Assembly: GCA_963662945.1 (NCBI GenBank)
Contig: OY759974.1
Span: 544,001-608,000, forward strand
From: Arcobacteraceae bacterium
Lineage (GTDB): Bacteria; Campylobacterota; Campylobacteria; Campylobacterales; Arcobacteraceae
Length of the DNA stretch: 64,000 nucleotides
Direction: 5' to 3'
Every line of letters begins with the position of its first letter. The stretch's first letter is position 1. The notes under the pieces were generated by a model, which was given only the letters and a program-made list of their open reading frames with translations, was not told the DNA's origin and did no database searches. Below are positions 61,601-64,000 of the stretch, in pieces. The position numbers were made by a program, and so were the translations under genes.

Positions 61601-63100
61601 AAAGTTTCTTTTTACATTTGAAAAACATGCTAATGGAGTATCATCTCCCATAGAACCAGTTGGTTCTTTTCCATCATCAGCCATAGGAATAATCATCTGA
61701 TCTAATGTTTCATAAGTGATATTTGCATATTTTTGTCTATGTTCTAAATCATCAAATTTATAATCTTCTAAATCTGTAAATGTATCTTCTACATATTCTT
61801 GAAGATATTGCATATTTGATGTAAGCCATTTTTCATAATTTTGAGTAGATTTTAAATAATTATTGATATCATCATTTTTTAATATTTTACCACTATTTAA
61901 ATCAACAGCAATCATTTGACCACTTTGTAATCTTCCTCTATCAATAATCTCTTCATCAGGAATTAATACTGTTCCATATTCACTTGTGATAAAAAGTCTA
62001 TCATCTTTTGTTTGAAAATATTTTGATGGTCTTAAACCGTTTCTATCAATTAAACACCCTATATGTCTTCCATCTGTTAAAGATACTGCTGCTGGACCAT
62101 CCCAAGCTTCAAATCTAATTGCACAATATTCATAAAAAGCTCTTAATTCTGAGTCCATATATGGAGCATTTTGCCAAGGAGCTGGAACTAAACTTCGTGC
62201 AGCTTTAAAAAAGTCCATACCATTTATCATTAGAAATTCAAACATATTATCTAAAGAGGCACTATCACTTCCACCATCTTGTAAAAGTGGGAAAATTCTT
62301 TCCAATTCTTCATCACTAAATATTTCAGATTTTATTGCTTCTGTTTTTACTAATACATTAAATCTATTTGCTTCAACAGAGTTTATCTCACCGTTGTGTG
62401 CTATTCCTCTAAATGGTTGCGCAAGTCTCCATTTTGGTAATGTATTTGTTGAGAATCTTTGGTGAAAGAGTGCAAAAGATATTTTGAAATCTTGATCATT
62501 TAAATCAAGATAAAACTGCTTAATAGTAGTAGGCATAACAAGCCCTTTATAAGCAATCACTTTTGAACTAAATGTTGGAATATAAAAATCTTCTTGATCT
62601 TTTAATGCGTGTTCTGATTCTTTTCTTGCAAGATATAACATCGCATCAAATCTTTTTGAAGAGATTAAAGTATTTGGTACAACAAATACTTGTGTAATCT
62701 CAGGTAATATTGCTAAGGCTTGTTCACCTAAAGCATCTGTATTTACAGGAACTTCTCTACTTAACAATACTTTTAAATCATTTTTCTCACAATAATATTT
62801 AAAAGTTTCTAGCTGTGCTTCCCCTTTTGAAAATACCATTGCAACTGCATAAAGCTTTGGAAGGTCAACTCCATTTTGCATTGCAACTTTTCGCATAAAC
62901 TCATCTGGAATTGATAAAAGCAATCCACTTCCATCTCCACTTTTACCATCAGCTGCAACTGCACCTCTGTGCATCATTCTCTCTAATGCTGTTATAGCAT
63001 CCTCTAAATTTTGATGTGTTTGTTTATTTTTTAAGTGAGCTACTAGTCCAAACCCACAATTGTCTTTGAAAGAAGTTAATTTGTCTAAATTACATCCCAT
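58664..63100 (-). CDS. gltB: Glutamate synthase large subunit
   Basis: CGFG N-terminal Cys, HQRFSTNT, QVASGRFGV, AQGAKPGEGGQL, C-terminal GXGXG region. Confidence 0.97.
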   Translation of the reverse strand: MGCNLDKLTSFKDNCGFGLVAHLKNKQTHQNLEDAITALERMMHRGAVAADGKSGDGSGLLLSIPDEFMRKVAMQNGVDLPKLYAVAMVFSKGEAQLETFKYYCEKNDLKVLLSREVPVNTDALGEQALAILPEITQVFVVPNTLISSKRFDAMLYLARKESEHALKDQEDFYIPTFSSKVIAYKGLVMPTTIKQFYLDLNDQDFKISFALFHQRFSTNTLPKWRLAQPFRGIAHNGEINSVEANRFNVLVKTEAIKSEIFSDEELERIFPLLQDGGSDSASLDNMFEFLMINGMDFFKAARSLVPAPWQNAPYMDSELRAFYEYCAIRFEAWDGPAAVSLTDGRHIGCLIDRNGLRPSKYFQTKDDRLFITSEYGTVLIPDEEIIDRGRLQSGQMIAVDLNSGKILKNDDINNYLKSTQNYEKWLTSNMQYLQEYVEDTFTDLEDYKFDDLEHRQKYANITYETLDQMIIPMADDGKEPTGSMGDDTPLACFSNVKRNFTDFFRQKFAQVTNPPIDPYREKIVMSLNTGLGHAYNVLEESEHNSKRLKAVSPILMKEKFDVMKRFGDAKDPLYDEDFQNKNFSTTFTTDLETSLKNLYLNVKDAVINENISIVILDDRDVSKDSKVIPMAMAVGYINHQLQNDKIRSRVSIVAVTSEVYDPHSAAVLIAFGVSVIYPYMMYASIVSYYERKNISHYELQKKLKNSMKAIGAGLLKIMSKMGIATIASYRNSSLFDIMGLSDQIVKDCFEHANSDLAGLGYEDIEKRIEVVHYDAYFDDKSMFPLNMGGFYKYIDGGEYHDYAPAITHAMHNKNATDKEDISDFKGLKSLVENRGQKFIRDFFEFNSDKAAISIDEVESKEEVFKRFAAAAMSCGSISVEAHEAIAVAMNTIGAQSNSGEGGEDPARFGTLKNSKIKQVASGRFGVTPGYLVNCEELQIKLAQGAKPGEGGQLPGSKVTPMIATLRHTTPGVTLISPPPHHDIYSIEDLAQLIFDLKQINPKAKVAVKLVSSIGVGTIASGVAKAYADKIIISGADGGTGAAPLTSIKHTGNAWELGLSEAHNSLKANHLRGMVHLQTDGGLKTGLDVVKAAMLGAESYAFGTSVLTLLGCKILRICHTNKCSVGVATQDEDLREKFSGTVERLISYFEFLAQDVREILASLGYTSLEQIIGRSDLLKVLDDEFSQKFDFQNVLRRIDGVDTCQVNSNVPYDQNEDSHKLLRKVLPTIQSPSIPVTVDAQISNLNRSFGTLTSGEIAKRYGDAGLPEDTITYNLTGVAGQSFGTFLSRGVSIYLDGIANDYVGKGMSGGKVVIKPTLQGSEYAGAGNTCLYGATGGKLYVRASVGERFAVRNSGAIAVVEGTGDSPCEYMTGGIVVILGQTGINFGAGMTGGLAFIYDPHREFTDKMNQELIEALRIDTDDTELERIYLKNTLKDYLKETESLKAEEILEDFRSEIRNFWMVKPKDMTILPLNPEQGD

Positions 63101-63233
63101 TATTTTCCTTTATGTGTTTTATCTCTATTTATTAAAATTTGTTTGTATTTAAGAGATAGTCTAAGATTATCTTACATTATTACGGCGATTTTATCTAATT
63201 TTTGTTTAAAATGGCGTTAAATAAAAACAATAA

Positions 63234-63266
63234 AAAAAGGTGATAGAAAAACTCTATCACCTTTTT
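63234..63266 (-). terminator. Intrinsic terminator after glnA
   Basis: aaaaaggtgataga-aaaac-tctatcaccttttt. Confidence 0.85.
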
Positions 63267-63292
63267 AAAACCCTAATAAATAAAAATTTATA

Positions 63293-64000
63293 TTAACAAG
63301 AATAAGTACTGATAAACTCAAACGCAGTTGGTCTAGCTTCATCTGGCCAAACTTGTCTTTCAAATAAATAATGTTGATATGTATCAACAAATTCTTTTGT
63401 AAATACAGGTTGTAAGAATTCATTATCTCTAATTAAAGCTTCTAAAGAACCTCTTAATGTATGTGGCATTTGAGGAATACCTTTCTCTCTAATCTCATCT
63501 AAACTTAATTCAAATAAATCTTCATCCATTGGTCCTACTGGTACATCTTTATTTTTAATACCATCAAGTCCAGCCATCATCATAGCTGCAAATGCTAAGT
63601 ATGGACAAGCTGTTGAATCTGGGAATCTCATCTCAACTCTTACAGCTTTTTCACCAGCTCCATAAGGGATTCTACAAGATGCAGATCTATTTTGTGAAGA
63701 GTAAGTTAAAATTGATGGTGCTTCAAATCCTGGAATTAATCTTTTGTATGAGTTTGTTGATGGATTTGTAAATGCAGCAACTGCACGTGCGTGTTTAAAA
63801 ATTCCACCTACATAGTTTAGTGCCATCTCTGAAAGGTTTCCGTATGCACCTTCTTGGAAGAATAAGTTTTTACCATCTTTCCATAATGATTGGTGTACGT
63901 GCATACCATTTCCATTATCACCATAAAGTGGTTTTGGCATAAATGTACAAGTTTTACCATTTAAGTGTGCAACCATTTTACATACATATTTGTATTTTTG
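63293..64000 (-). CDS. glnA: Glutamine synthetase type I, C-terminal part (runs off the window)
   Basis: [46 protein letters not shown]. Confidence 0.95.
   Translation of the reverse strand, partial: QKYKYVCKMVAHLNGKTCTFMPKPLYGDNGNGMHVHQSLWKDGKNLFFQEGAYGNLSEMALNYVGGIFKHARAVAAFTNPSTNSYKRLIPGFEAPSILTYSSQNRSASCRIPYGAGEKAVRVEMRFPDSTACPYLAFAAMMMAGLDGIKNKDVPVGPMDEDLFELSLDEIREKGIPQMPHTLRGSLEALIRDNEFLQPVFTKEFVDTYQHYLFERQVWPDEARPTAFEFISTYSC

Overview
AT-rich bacterial chromosomal window whose gene content (Campylobacter-type recO, cbpA-hspR, pdxJ-pdxA, ppiD-like-ftsA-ftsZ) points to Campylobacterota, probably Arcobacteraceae-like (inference). It is mostly housekeeping (thrC, pdxJA, ftsAZ, prmC, truD, argB, alr, gltBD, glnA), with three accessory regions. 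(1) A chromosomal integron at about 1.7-5.5 kb has intI, attI, three cassettes, two intact attC sites and one truncated attC followed by a REP-like inverted pair. (2) A cluster at about 31.7-44.8 kb centres on RimK, with peptidases, DUF2156, a GNAT, MscS channels, Mg transporters and glutaminase. (3) A region at 46-55 kb carries an LRR-Roc-COR-TIR gene whose 15 x 66-bp repeats vary mainly at predicted ligand-contact codons. An exact 20-bp TGTGACA-N5-TGTGACA(T) motif lies upstream of this gene and, inverted, upstream of a lipoprotein gene 5.2 kb away, each time at the same distance from a -10-like hexamer. Next to it are a DNA-repair-like operon and a Nudix protein that closely resembles metazoan NUDT16. 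All family calls come from motif recognition by eye; no database search was run.
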